DNA from: Chlorobiota bacterium
GTDB taxonomy: Bacteria > Bacteroidota > Bacteroidia > Bacteroidales > VadinHA17
Assembly (NCBI GenBank): GCA_013152085.1
Contig: JAADHC010000072.1
Location: 57,455-121,454, forward strand
Length of the DNA: 64,000 nucleotides
Direction: 5' to 3'
Under the pieces are notes generated by a model, which made no database searches, was not told where the DNA came from, and worked only from the letters and a program-made list of their open reading frames with translations. Below, piece after piece: positions 29,786 through 39,664 of the stretch. Position numbers and translations under genes: made by a program. Positions within the stretch are counted from its first letter, which is position 1. Each line of letters starts with the position of its first letter.

Positions 29786-31024
29786 TTAGATAAACATTAA
29801 CATATTATTAACAATTTGTTCAGTAGATCCGGTTCTTTTATCAACATATACATGATTTTTTTCCCCCGTAATTTTCCTTATATCCGGATTATCGAAAAAG
29901 GCGTTCATTTTTTCCTCAAATTCATAAAAAGAAGAAACCGGGAAAGCCGTTTGCCAGGCGGTCAGTTCATTTGCTTCCCTGAATTTACTATAATGTGGGC
30001 CGAAGATTACAGGGACACCGAAAACTGCAGCTTCGAGAATGTTATGTATACCTTTGCCAAAGCCGCCACCGATATAGGCAATATCTGCCAGAGCATAAAG
30101 AGATGATAGCATTCCGACGTTGTCAATAATCAGCACCCGCATTTCCGGATCAATGTGATCATGAACTTTACTGTAAAATCCTGCTGTCTCTCCCAGGCTT
30201 GATTTCAAAGCGGACAAATGATTTTTATGGATTTCATGCGGAGCGATGATCCAGCGATAGGGCCTGATATTCCGGACAATATATTTTATCAGCAGGGTTT
30301 CATCCCCGGGCCATGTGCTTCCGGCAACCACAACGGTATGCCCGGTGGCAAAACGCTCTGCTACCGGGATGTGTTTAGGCCGGGATGCAACCGCAACAAC
30401 ACGGTCAAAGCGTGTATCTCCGCTTAGAACCACATTACGGATTCCATGTTTTTCCAGGATCTCCAGGGAGTTTTTGTCCTGTACAAAAATCTTAGTAAAG
30501 TATTGCAACATTTTCAGATAAAACCGGCCATACCAGCGAAAAAAAAGTTGCCGTGGTCTGAAGATGGCAGAAATTAAAAAAACGGGTATGTTCCTTTGGT
30601 GCAGCTCTTTAAGGAAAAAGTACCAGTATTCGTATTTTATGAATACCGCAAAATCGGGTTGAACCAAATCCAGAAACCGGCGGGCATTGTGTGGAGTATC
30701 CAGGGGAAGGTAGGTGATCCGGTCTGCCCGGGGATAATTTTTACGTACATCAAACCCGGAAGGTGAGAAAAATGTCAGGATGATCCGGGCTCCGGGCATT
30801 TCTTCACGAAATCTTTCTATAACGGGTCTGCCCTGTTCAAATTCTCCCAACGATGCGCAATGAAACCAAACCGTTTTTGTTTTTTTCATCCTGAATTGTC
30901 CTGACAGTGAATGGAACAAGTCTTTACGACCTTTAAGCCATGCCCTTGCTTTTGGACTGAACGGTGCGGCAATACGGATAAAGAATCCGTAAGTACTGAT
31001 CAGAAACCGGTATAAGTATGCCAT
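29786..31024 (-). CDS. waaA: 3-deoxy-D-manno-octulosonic acid (Kdo) transferase
   Basis: The ATG at 31024 gives MAYLYRFLISTYGFFIRIAAPFSPKARAWLKGR. The WFHCASLGEFEQGRPVIE motif is present. The track ORF start at 31102 would overlap ald. Confidence 0.85.
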   Translation of the reverse strand: MAYLYRFLISTYGFFIRIAAPFSPKARAWLKGRKDLFHSLSGQFRMKKTKTVWFHCASLGEFEQGRPVIERFREEMPGARIILTFFSPSGFDVRKNYPRADRITYLPLDTPHNARRFLDLVQPDFAVFIKYEYWYFFLKELHQRNIPVFLISAIFRPRQLFFRWYGRFYLKMLQYFTKIFVQDKNSLEILEKHGIRNVVLSGDTRFDRVVAVASRPKHIPVAERFATGHTVVVAGSTWPGDETLLIKYIVRNIRPYRWIIAPHEIHKNHLSALKSSLGETAGFYSKVHDHIDPEMRVLIIDNVGMLSSLYALADIAYIGGGFGKGIHNILEAAVFGVPVIFGPHYSKFREANELTAWQTAFPVSSFYEFEEKMNAFFDNPDIRKITGEKNHVYVDKRTGSTEQIVNNMLMFI

Positions 31025-31043
31025 GGGAGGCAAAGATAGGAGA

Positions 31044-32264
31044 TTAGAAGGCTGCCAGCAAGAGGTCAATATCTTTTGAGAGGATACCAAACCTATGGCC
31101 AATGATATTACTGGTTAATATACCATTAAGGAGATAAACCCCTCTGCGTAGCCCGGAATCGATTTTCAGGCGGTTTTTCAAACCGCCCGCATCGGCAATT
31201 TCGGAAATGATCGGGGTAAAGACATTGCTAAGTGCAATAGAGGCCGTTCTGGCAACCCGTGAGGGGATGTTGTTTACGCAATAATGTATTACGCCGTGTT
31301 TTGTGAAAACAGGATCGCCATGATTCATATACCTGGATGTTTCAATACAACCGCCCTGGTCGATACTGATATCCACAATGACCGCACCTTTTTTCATTCC
31401 CTTGACCATTTCTTCGGTTACAAAATAACGAGGGCTTTCACCCGTGAGATGAATCGCACCGATTACAACATCTGCCGAGGAAAGGGTTTTTTTCAGTACA
31501 CGGGGATGAAATACGGAAGTCTGGACACGATTTCCGAGATTGTTTTGCAAACGGCGCATTTTATATACCGACTGGTCAAAGATTATTACGGTCGCGCCTA
31601 ACCCCAGCGCTGCTCTTGCAGCATACTCAGCGGCTGTCCCGGCACCCAGGATAATTACTTCTGCAGGAGTGATTCCGGTGATCCCTCCCAGAAGCACTCC
31701 TTTTCCCTGATGAATATTGCTGAGATACTCCGAGGCAATCAGAATGGAAGCCAGGCCGGCTATTTCACTCATTGAACGAACAACGGGGAAGCAATCATAT
31801 TTGTCCTTAATGCTTTCGAAAGCAATAGCCGTGACCTTTTTTTGCATAAGTTTACGTATGGTGGATTCTGTCTGACTTGTAAGATGCAGGGATGAAACAA
31901 TGGTCTGATTCCCCCTGATCTGACCCACCTCGTTGATGTTTAGGGGCGCAACCTTGAGAATAAGATCGGATTGAAAGGTTTCCTTGTTACTGTCCACAAT
32001 TTGTGCCCCACATTCACTATAATCATGATCAGTATAACTGGCTTCCAAACCAGCGGAGCGTGATACAAGCACGGTGTGTCCATGGCTGACAAGAATTTCA
32101 ACGGCTTCGGGAGTAAGGGCAACCCGGTTCTCAAAAGAATCTGATTCCCTGGGAATTCCTATACTCAGTTGTTTCCTTTTCACATCGGTATCCAGTAATG
32201 TTTCCTGGGGCAACAACTTTTCATCTCCCAGGGAAAATCGAATAGGTTGATTTGTTTCAGCCAT
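31044..32264 (-). CDS. ald: Alanine dehydrogenase/PNT-family NAD-dependent dehydrogenase
   Basis: 406 aa with AlaDH/PNT N- and C-domains (ENRVALTPE, VIILGAGTAAEYAARAA Rossmann motif). It has an N-terminal extension of about 35 aa relative to classical Ald. Confidence 0.7.
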   Translation of the reverse strand: MAETNQPIRFSLGDEKLLPQETLLDTDVKRKQLSIGIPRESDSFENRVALTPEAVEILVSHGHTVLVSRSAGLEASYTDHDYSECGAQIVDSNKETFQSDLILKVAPLNINEVGQIRGNQTIVSSLHLTSQTESTIRKLMQKKVTAIAFESIKDKYDCFPVVRSMSEIAGLASILIASEYLSNIHQGKGVLLGGITGITPAEVIILGAGTAAEYAARAALGLGATVIIFDQSVYKMRRLQNNLGNRVQTSVFHPRVLKKTLSSADVVIGAIHLTGESPRYFVTEEMVKGMKKGAVIVDISIDQGGCIETSRYMNHGDPVFTKHGVIHYCVNNIPSRVARTASIALSNVFTPIISEIADAGGLKNRLKIDSGLRRGVYLLNGILTSNIIGHRFGILSKDIDLLLAAF

Positions 32265-32347
32265 AGATCATACGCATTTACTTAGAAAAGGGAAGTCCTA
32301 AATTACTACATTTTGCACGGAAAATCAAAGACGGGAAACTTTATCTT

Positions 32348-32803
32348 TTATAAATCGGGAAAACTGACTTTGATATTTCTGTTTTCTCCGCCCAGGTTTT
32401 CGATACGGATGGTGACGGTGTCAGGAGGGAGAAGATCTTTAATCATTTCCGGCCATTCGATAAAACAATAATGACCGGAGAAAAAATAATCTTCATAACC
32501 CAGGTCGAAAACTTCATCAATTTTTTTAATCCGGTAAAAATCCATATGATAAACAGGATCTCCCGAGGGTGTAAGATATTCATTCACAATTGAGAAGCTA
32601 GGGCTCTGTATATTGTCTGCCGAACCAAGTATACGACAAAAAGCTTTAATAAAGGTTGTTTTCCCGGCGCCCAGATCACCTGAGAAAGCAAAAATGCGGA
32701 AAAGTCCGGCATCCAGTATTTGTTTTGCCAGCTTTTCCAGTTGGGTTTCAGCTTTGATAGAAAAGTTTTGTATCATACTATCCGGGACAGTTTTTAGGAT
32801 CAT
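32348..32803 (-). CDS. tsaE: tRNA t6A biosynthesis ATPase TsaE
   Basis: 151 aa with P-loop GDLGAGKTTF and the HMDFYR motif. Its ATG overlaps the porX stop (ATGA at 32800-32803). Confidence 0.85.
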   Translation of the reverse strand: MILKTVPDSMIQNFSIKAETQLEKLAKQILDAGLFRIFAFSGDLGAGKTTFIKAFCRILGSADNIQSPSFSIVNEYLTPSGDPVYHMDFYRIKKIDEVFDLGYEDYFFSGHYCFIEWPEMIKDLLPPDTVTIRIENLGGENRNIKVSFPDL

Positions 32804-34359
32804 ATTCGGGGGGACAGTCTGACAAAAGGGACAAGCATTTCTTCGAGGGAGATCCCTCCGTGCTGGAACGTTCCTTTAAAATGACGGACAAAATGATAAT
32901 AATTCTTCGGGTAAATAAAAAACTGTTTTTCACGTGCGAAGATATAACGGGATGTCACATGATTTACAGGCAGGTAAAAATCTTCCGGATGTTCTGCCAC
33001 AAAAACATCCCGTTCATTATAATTCAGATTTTTCCCCAATTTATAACGGATATTGGTGGTAGATTCGCGATCACCGACAACTTTTACCGGGTGTTCTACT
33101 TCCACCGAACCATGATCCGAGGTAATCGTAAGAGAAATTCCTTTTTTGGACAACCAACGAATGGTGTTCAGCAGATAAGAATTTTTAAACCACGACAGCG
33201 TCAGGGCACGAAAAGCTTTTGTATCTTTTGTAAGCTCCCTGATCATTTCCATCTCGGTACGGGCATGGGAAAGAATATCCACAAAGTTATATACGAGAAC
33301 CATTAACCCGGATTCGGCCATATTGGATAAATCGTCAAGAACTTTTTTCCCTTCATTCTGATTACGGATTTTCCTGAAAGAAAAACGGCTATTTAAACCT
33401 TCGCGTTTCAGGTTTTCTGAGAACAAGTCTTTCTCAAATTGGTTTTTCCCTCCTTCTTCCTCATCAAAGAGCCAGAATTGCGGATATTGTTTATGAATTT
33501 CCGAAGGCATGAGACCTGAAAAAAGGGCGTTCCGGGCATACTGGGTCACCGTGGGGAGAATAGAGCAATACAGATGTTCTTCTTCCAGATTATAATAGTC
33601 ACGGATGAGTTCGTTCAAAACCCTCCATTGATCGTACCTCAGATTATCAATAATAAGCAGGCAGTTTTTATCCTGACCGGCGAAATGCGGGAAAACCCAT
33701 TCTTTGAGAACCCGGGGGGAAAGAACGGGATGATTACGATCATTGTTTAGCCAGGTGGTATAATTCTTTTGAACAAATCTTGCAAATTCCCGGTTTGCTT
33801 CCTGTTGTTGTTGTTCCAGAATCTGCATCATTTCACTTTCGGGTACGTGTTCGAATTCCAACTCCCAGTAAACGAGGCGACGGTAAATATCCGCCCAATC
33901 ATTGAATGATCCCGCAGACATGATTTGCCGGGAAAGAGGTGAGAAATCCTGTTGATATTTTTGAATCGTTTGTTCCTGAGTGATCCTGTTTTTTTCAGCA
34001 GTTTTTTTCAGGGCAAGCAATAATTGCTGGGGTTTTACGGGTTTGATCAGGTAGTCTTCGATTTTGGAGCCGATAGCCTGATCCATTAAATTTTCTGCTT
34101 CACTTTTTGTAATCATGATTACCGGGAGTCCGGCATGGATTTCTTTTATTTTTTCCAGAGTTTCCAGGCCGCTAAGCCCCGGCATCTGTTCATCCAACAA
34201 AACAATGTCAAAATGTCCTTCCTGCAGCATCTCCAGGGCGTCAATACCATTACTAACCCCTTTGACAAGGTATCCCTTTTCTTCAATGTACAGGATCAAT
34301 GCATTTAACAAGTCGATCTCATCATCTACCCACAGTATTTTTAATCCCTTCCCTGCCAT
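32800..34359 (-). CDS. porX: PorX-type response regulator (receiver + PglZ/alkaline-phosphatase-like domain)
   Basis: 519 aa. The receiver domain shows KILWVDDEIDLL...VLLDEQMPGLSG...IKP. The C-terminal PglZ-type domain shows IIDNLRYDQW, DILSHART, TSDHG. The length and architecture match PorX. Confidence 0.8.
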   Translation of the reverse strand: MAGKGLKILWVDDEIDLLNALILYIEEKGYLVKGVSNGIDALEMLQEGHFDIVLLDEQMPGLSGLETLEKIKEIHAGLPVIMITKSEAENLMDQAIGSKIEDYLIKPVKPQQLLLALKKTAEKNRITQEQTIQKYQQDFSPLSRQIMSAGSFNDWADIYRRLVYWELEFEHVPESEMMQILEQQQQEANREFARFVQKNYTTWLNNDRNHPVLSPRVLKEWVFPHFAGQDKNCLLIIDNLRYDQWRVLNELIRDYYNLEEEHLYCSILPTVTQYARNALFSGLMPSEIHKQYPQFWLFDEEEGGKNQFEKDLFSENLKREGLNSRFSFRKIRNQNEGKKVLDDLSNMAESGLMVLVYNFVDILSHARTEMEMIRELTKDTKAFRALTLSWFKNSYLLNTIRWLSKKGISLTITSDHGSVEVEHPVKVVGDRESTTNIRYKLGKNLNYNERDVFVAEHPEDFYLPVNHVTSRYIFAREKQFFIYPKNYYHFVRHFKGTFQHGGISLEEMLVPFVRLSPRI

Positions 34360-37067
34360 TTTCCTGAGTTTATTCGGGTCTGTCCCCTGATTAGTGTAGT
34401 ATCCCGCTTTTCAGGTTGAATTCCCTGAAGATAATATTTTTCAAAGAAAACCCGATAGGTATCTACCGATTTATCTTTAACAAAGGTATTGAAATTCTCA
34501 TCCGAAAACAGGAAGAATGAAATACGCGAATCTTTAAAATATTTTACCATTGCCGTGTCTGCTTGCAGCTGCCGGTAATATTTCATAGCCGGTAATATTT
34601 TTCCAATGCCCTGAACGGAAAGGACGGTAGTATCTTTATAAACATCATGTTCTTTAACCGGCAAATCATGTTGCGGATCATAGTCTGTATTAAAATTCAG
34701 CAAATCAAACCTGAGCTGATTGATGTTGATTCCGTTTTCAGGGGAAATAATCACCAGCCTTTGGTTTCCATCGGCAGAGAAATGATATATTTCCCTGGCA
34801 GCTGTGACAAGTTCCTCCTCTTTCAATACAGGGTTTAAGGCGTTAAGATAGTTAATGATTTCTTTTGCCCGGGCAACAATTTCAGGATCAGAAGCTTTCG
34901 TAGTTACCTGTTGCAGGGCCTGTTTATAAGTTCTTATATCTCCTTTTTCCCCCGTTGCCTGTGCTTTAAGGAAAAGATATCTGGAAATCAGTTTTGGAGG
35001 AATGTCTTGATTCAGGTATTGATCGCACAAGGCAAGAGCCCGGTCGTAATCTCCGCTGAGAAAACATTGATAGGTTTGAGCATAACGTTGCTCAGCTTCT
35101 TTTTCCTCATTGTAAATCTTTTGCAGATAAAGCGGATCACTCAGAATCTTTGCCTGCTCGCTGTCCGGAAATTTGCTGATAATAAGTTCTTTGTATTTCT
35201 CCTGATTCGATACATCTCCGGATTCTTTGAAAATCTGATACAGGGTAAAATAGGCAGAAAGCAGGTATTTGTTTTCAGTCCCGGGGAAACGGGTTACCAG
35301 TTCTTTCAGATTTTTTTCAGCACGGGCGGGATTCTGAAAATCATTTTTATAAATCAGGGCTGATTCAAAGAGGCCTTCCATCAGTTGCTGGTTTGACGCT
35401 ATCATCATCGAATCGGAAAGCGGTATTTGTTTAAGGTAGTAACTGCGGCTTGTTTTATTTCCGGCAGGTGCAGACTTCACGGGAATGCTATCACCCTGTT
35501 CTTCGGTTGATGATGTACTGAAGTTCACACTCATTTTATTTTTTCTGCGCCAGTTATCTTCAAGACGCCGGGTTCCCCATTTCCGTTTGAATTCAGTGCG
35601 GCCGAAACCCAGCGCAGAGGGGTTGTAGAAATACCATTTTCCACCGCGTTGCAGCTCGTCCTGAAAACGCATCTGGGTTTGCATTTCCATACCCGGCGTA
35701 TAATTTGGGACAAGTTGTTCTTCCCTGGCTTTACGTTCTTCTTCCCGGACCTGCTCAATGATCTTATCAATTACTCCCAGTCTTTCAGCGCTGGACATTG
35801 CTGCAAGACGCTGCAGGCTGTCCTGAAGTTCTGCCTGCCGCACATAACCTGCCAGGGAGTTCAGGCTTTTACTTTTAACCCTGATATTATCATAATCCGG
35901 AAAATCCTGAGGGATGATCTGTACGGCACTGTCATAATATTGTTGTGCCTGCAGGTAGTTGTTGTGGTTAAATGATAAATGTGCAATAGCGAGATATGAT
36001 TCCGTTTTTTGTACCATATTGTCAACCGAACTGACTGCCGATTTCTTAAAATAATCTATAGCTTCATTTTCTTTCTTTTCGTTCAGGGCAATTTGCCCGA
36101 AAGCATAGTAAATCTGATCCTTGTATTCCTTGTTTTTCTTATCTCGTAACAATTTATTCAGGTCTTTTTTCACCTGTTTTACATTTTCACCGGTAATGCC
36201 CGATGATTCGGCAAGCAGAATACGTGCATTAAAAGCAAAATTGTAATCCGGCTTAAGTTTTAAAACTTTTTTAAAATAGGATGTGGCAAGCATGTTTTCT
36301 CCTTTGTCATAAGCCAATTGCCCCAACAGAAATGCGTACCTGTATTTGTTTTTTTTACGGCCTGAGTTCTGATATGCTTTTTCCAATGCGGGAAATGCCT
36401 TGTCCGGTTTATTCCGGAGAAGGTAATGATTGGCGAAAACCGCATAATAGAGTGCCTGGAGACGGGAAGGGAGTTCCTGAATATTTTCATCCAAAGACAG
36501 TAATACTTTTTCGGCATTATCATAACGTTTAAGTGCATCAAAAGTTTTGGCTGTCCATATTTTTGCCCGGGCAATCACTTCAGGGTCAGTAAAGGTACTG
36601 CTAATATAAGAAAAGGTTTGCAGGGCAGACTGTAACTCGTTTTTCCGGAAATGTGCCTTCCCCAAAAGCAGGTAACTGTCGTCAACCCATTTATTATACT
36701 CCGGTTTATTGTAAAACAGTTCTTCCCTGGGGGAGAGTTCTTTTCCTTTTGTTTCCGGTTTTGCCTTTATGGAATGGTTGCTGATCAGTTTTGAGGTTTT
36801 ACGGATCACTCTGTCCATATCTGATCCCATAACTGAAACATTTTGAGGATTATCTTCGGGGAAAACGGGAATAAATCGTGTAAAATTTTCCTGGTACTGT
36901 TTGTTTGCTTTTGCAAGGCCTTTGCGGTAGCTTTCCCGGGCATTGAAAAAAATATTATAATGAGCCGTCAGGTTATGATATACCCTTGTCATCAGGGTGT
37001 TTTTCTGTACCGAACATCCCTGGATCAGGATTAAAAACATAAACAGAAAAAAGCGGTTTCTCCCCAC
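34341..37067 (-). CDS. sprE: TPR-repeat lipoprotein, probable SprE/PorW family T9SS component
   Basis: 908 aa with a GTG start. It has a lipoprotein signal (FLFMFLILIQGCSVQKN) and the N-terminal pattern RVYHNLTAHYNIFFNA that I associate with SprE/PorW. Many TPR-like helices follow. It overlaps porX by 19 nt. Confidence 0.55.
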   Translation of the reverse strand: MGRNRFFLFMFLILIQGCSVQKNTLMTRVYHNLTAHYNIFFNARESYRKGLAKANKQYQENFTRFIPVFPEDNPQNVSVMGSDMDRVIRKTSKLISNHSIKAKPETKGKELSPREELFYNKPEYNKWVDDSYLLLGKAHFRKNELQSALQTFSYISSTFTDPEVIARAKIWTAKTFDALKRYDNAEKVLLSLDENIQELPSRLQALYYAVFANHYLLRNKPDKAFPALEKAYQNSGRKKNKYRYAFLLGQLAYDKGENMLATSYFKKVLKLKPDYNFAFNARILLAESSGITGENVKQVKKDLNKLLRDKKNKEYKDQIYYAFGQIALNEKKENEAIDYFKKSAVSSVDNMVQKTESYLAIAHLSFNHNNYLQAQQYYDSAVQIIPQDFPDYDNIRVKSKSLNSLAGYVRQAELQDSLQRLAAMSSAERLGVIDKIIEQVREEERKAREEQLVPNYTPGMEMQTQMRFQDELQRGGKWYFYNPSALGFGRTEFKRKWGTRRLEDNWRRKNKMSVNFSTSSTEEQGDSIPVKSAPAGNKTSRSYYLKQIPLSDSMMIASNQQLMEGLFESALIYKNDFQNPARAEKNLKELVTRFPGTENKYLLSAYFTLYQIFKESGDVSNQEKYKELIISKFPDSEQAKILSDPLYLQKIYNEEKEAEQRYAQTYQCFLSGDYDRALALCDQYLNQDIPPKLISRYLFLKAQATGEKGDIRTYKQALQQVTTKASDPEIVARAKEIINYLNALNPVLKEEELVTAAREIYHFSADGNQRLVIISPENGININQLRFDLLNFNTDYDPQHDLPVKEHDVYKDTTVLSVQGIGKILPAMKYYRQLQADTAMVKYFKDSRISFFLFSDENFNTFVKDKSVDTYRVFFEKYYLQGIQPEKRDTTLIRGQTRINSGKWQGRD

Positions 37068-37191
37068 AGTATGCAGATTATTACTTTTTTAAAAACGTAA
37101 AACTATAAAAATAGTATAAAGGGGATGAACCCCGGGAAAAAATTAATGACATCCCTGTTACCGGATCCTGCAGATTTAAAGGGAATTAACT

Positions 37192-37449
37192 TTATGACAC
37201 AGGATTGACCGCTTCCACAGCTTTGATCTCAGGGATTTTTTTCAGGATGGTTTGTTCCACGCCGGCTTTTAATGTCTGTATACTATAAGGACACCCATCA
37301 CAGGCCCCGGTAAGCTCAACCCGTACCACCATTTCATCCGTAATATCAACCAGGCGGATGTTCCCTCCGTCAGCCTGAAGGTAAGGACGGATATTATCAA
37401 GGACGGAGACAACCAAATTTCTGATTCGGATTTTCTGATGTGGTCCCAT
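37192..37449 (-). CDS. NifU C-terminal domain (Nfu-type) Fe-S cluster protein
   Basis: 85 aa with IRPYLQADGGNIRLV and a CxxC motif (GACDGCP). Confidence 0.85.
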   Translation of the reverse strand: MGPHQKIRIRNLVVSVLDNIRPYLQADGGNIRLVDITDEMVVRVELTGACDGCPYSIQTLKAGVEQTILKKIPEIKAVEAVNPVS

Positions 37450-37459
37450 GAAATTTTTC

Positions 37460-38560
37460 TTAGTTCTTAATGATCAGCCTTTGCGTCGGAGGGAGTTCTT
37501 TATTACGTTTTTCCAGCTGTTCAACCACTTTCGCGGCAAGGTCACGGAATATCCCACCAAGTATAGTATTTTTATCCGCAGCCGGAGGTTTGCCCAGGTC
37601 TCCGCTTTCCCTGATTTTCTGGATAATGGGGATTTGAGAAAGTAAAGGTATTTTATATTGATTTGCAAGCTTTTCGCAACCGCCTTTACCAAAAATATAA
37701 TACTTTTTATCGGGGAGTTCTTCAGGAGTAAACCAGGCCATATTTTCGACCAGACCGAGTATGGGCACATTAATTTTTTCACTTCTGAACATCGAGATTC
37801 CTTTTACGGCATCTGCCAGTGCCACATCCTGCGGGGTGCTGACAATAATGGCTCCGGTAACCGGTATTTCCTGAACCATAGTAAGGTGAATATCACTGGT
37901 TCCGGGAGGCAGGTCAACAACCATAAAGTCCAGTTCTCCCCAGTCACCCTGATGGAGTAACTGCTTAAGTGCATTTGTGGCCATCGGACCGCGCCAGATC
38001 AATGCATCATCCGGATCAACAAAAAAACCGATGGATAGTATTTTAAGATTATAATTTTCAACCGGGATGATCATATCCCGGCCGTCAACCTTATGTACTT
38101 GCGGTTTCATTTCTTCCAGATGGAGCATTTTTGGAATAGACGGCCCGAAAATGTCTGCATCTACAAGGGCGGTTTGAAAACCTGAATTTGCCAAAGCCAC
38201 TGCGAGGTTAGTTGCTACAGTTGATTTACCAACGCCTCCTTTCCCGGAAGCAACAACAATGATATTCTTTACCCCGGGAAGGATCCCGGGTTTATCAATT
38301 TTAACTTTCCCAACCGACACCGGTACGGTGATCAGTATCTTGATATCTTCACCAAAGTTATTTTTTATCTGATTTTCACAGGCTTTCTTAATCGAACCGG
38401 TAAACGGATCATTTGCTTTGGGAAGACTTAGAGTAAAAAGCACCTGCTTTCCGTCAATACGCAAATTGTCTACCATCTGCAACGAGACCAGATCACTGTT
38501 CTTCTCGGGATGTTTTACACCCCTTAAAACTTCCAGAACATTGTCTCTCGTTAGTTCCAT
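37460..38560 (-). CDS. apbC: Mrp/NBP35 (ApbC) Fe-S cluster carrier ATPase
   Basis: N-terminal DUF59-like domain, deviant Walker A (ASGKGGVGKST) and a CxxC-like C-terminal region. The ATG at 38560 is immediately preceded by an alternative GTG at 38563. Confidence 0.9.
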   Translation of the reverse strand: MELTRDNVLEVLRGVKHPEKNSDLVSLQMVDNLRIDGKQVLFTLSLPKANDPFTGSIKKACENQIKNNFGEDIKILITVPVSVGKVKIDKPGILPGVKNIIVVASGKGGVGKSTVATNLAVALANSGFQTALVDADIFGPSIPKMLHLEEMKPQVHKVDGRDMIIPVENYNLKILSIGFFVDPDDALIWRGPMATNALKQLLHQGDWGELDFMVVDLPPGTSDIHLTMVQEIPVTGAIIVSTPQDVALADAVKGISMFRSEKINVPILGLVENMAWFTPEELPDKKYYIFGKGGCEKLANQYKIPLLSQIPIIQKIRESGDLGKPPAADKNTILGGIFRDLAAKVVEQLEKRNKELPPTQRLIIKN

Positions 38561-38625
38561 CACTTTAACAATATTATATTAATTTAAATTAAATAAAGAT
38601 TCGGCAAAGATAAACAATCTTTAAA

Positions 38626-38970
38626 TTAAAACAGATCAGGGTTCAGATATTTTAAGGGGTCCCAGAAAAGATTTTCAAATTCCGGAATCTGGTCGTTTTC
38701 AATATGTACACCCTCGCTTTCCAGTAACTGTTGCATGGTCCCTGAAAAACCAAAATGTTGTTTTCCGGTTAAGAATCCATTACGGTTTACTACCCTGTGG
38801 GCCGGTACAAAAGGGGTTTGTCCATATGATTTATTCATTGCCCATCCCACCATCCGGGCAGACTGTCCGCTTCCCAGGAACCTGGCAATGGCACCGTAGG
38901 TTGTAACCCTTCCGGGAGGAATCCTCCGGACAACACGGTAAACACGTGAAAAAAAATCACTCTGAGTCAT
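38626..38970 (-). CDS. Alkyltransferase-like (ATL) protein: MGMT DNA-binding domain without the acceptor cysteine
   Basis: 114 aa with an MGMT-fold helix-turn-helix (TTYGAIARFLG). The active-site pentapeptide reads PAHRV instead of PCHRV. Confidence 0.7.
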   Translation of the reverse strand: MTQSDFFSRVYRVVRRIPPGRVTTYGAIARFLGSGQSARMVGWAMNKSYGQTPFVPAHRVVNRNGFLTGKQHFGFSGTMQQLLESEGVHIENDQIPEFENLFWDPLKYLNPDLF

Positions 38971-39664
38971 CGGGAATGTCCTTGATGATTTTTTTTTCGG
39001 GAACGGAAAACTGAATATAGTAAATTTTCATCCCCTGATCAAGAAACTTTTGTTCATAAAATGTCTGTATTTGCCGGGCCGGATGTGTTTGAGACCATTG
39101 ATAGAGATCATCGGTATTTATATGAATGGGAAGTTTATTAAAGCGGATTACTTTCTGTGTATAAAAATACAGGTCGTAGTTGTCTGTTTTAAGATGAATT
39201 TTTCCTGTGGGTTTAAGGAAGGTGTTATAACGGTTGAGGAAAAGAGGATGTGTCAGACGCTTTTTTGTCCGGCGTTTTTTTAACTGAGGATCCGGGAATG
39301 TCAACCATATTTCATCTACTTCTTTTGTGTCGAAAAAAGCATGAATCCATTCAACGCGTGTACGTATAAATGCCACATTTTTAAGTTGTTCATTTTGAGC
39401 AGTGATTGCTCCCCGCCATATGCGGGCACCTTTAATATCCACTCCGATAAAATTCTGCTCCGGGAACATTTTTGCCAGTCCGACCGTATATTCTCCTTTT
39501 CCACAACCCAGTTCCAGTACAATGGGGTTTTGGTTTTTAAAGAAGTTATGCCATTTCCCTTTAAGATGAAAATCTTTTCCGAAAACATCAACCATTGGAG
39601 GTTGAAAAACAAATTCGAGTTGTTCCAGATCTGCCCAGCGTGCGCTTTTATTTTTTCTTCCCAC
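38957..39664 (-). CDS. trmB: tRNA (guanine46-N7)-methyltransferase
   Basis: 235 aa with a GTG start. It has a SAM motif (VLELGCGKGEY), FPDPQLKKR and a C-terminal region typical of TrmB. Confidence 0.88.
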   Translation of the reverse strand: MGRKNKSARWADLEQLEFVFQPPMVDVFGKDFHLKGKWHNFFKNQNPIVLELGCGKGEYTVGLAKMFPEQNFIGVDIKGARIWRGAITAQNEQLKNVAFIRTRVEWIHAFFDTKEVDEIWLTFPDPQLKKRRTKKRLTHPLFLNRYNTFLKPTGKIHLKTDNYDLYFYTQKVIRFNKLPIHINTDDLYQWSQTHPARQIQTFYEQKFLDQGMKIYYIQFSVPEKKIIKDIPDDSE

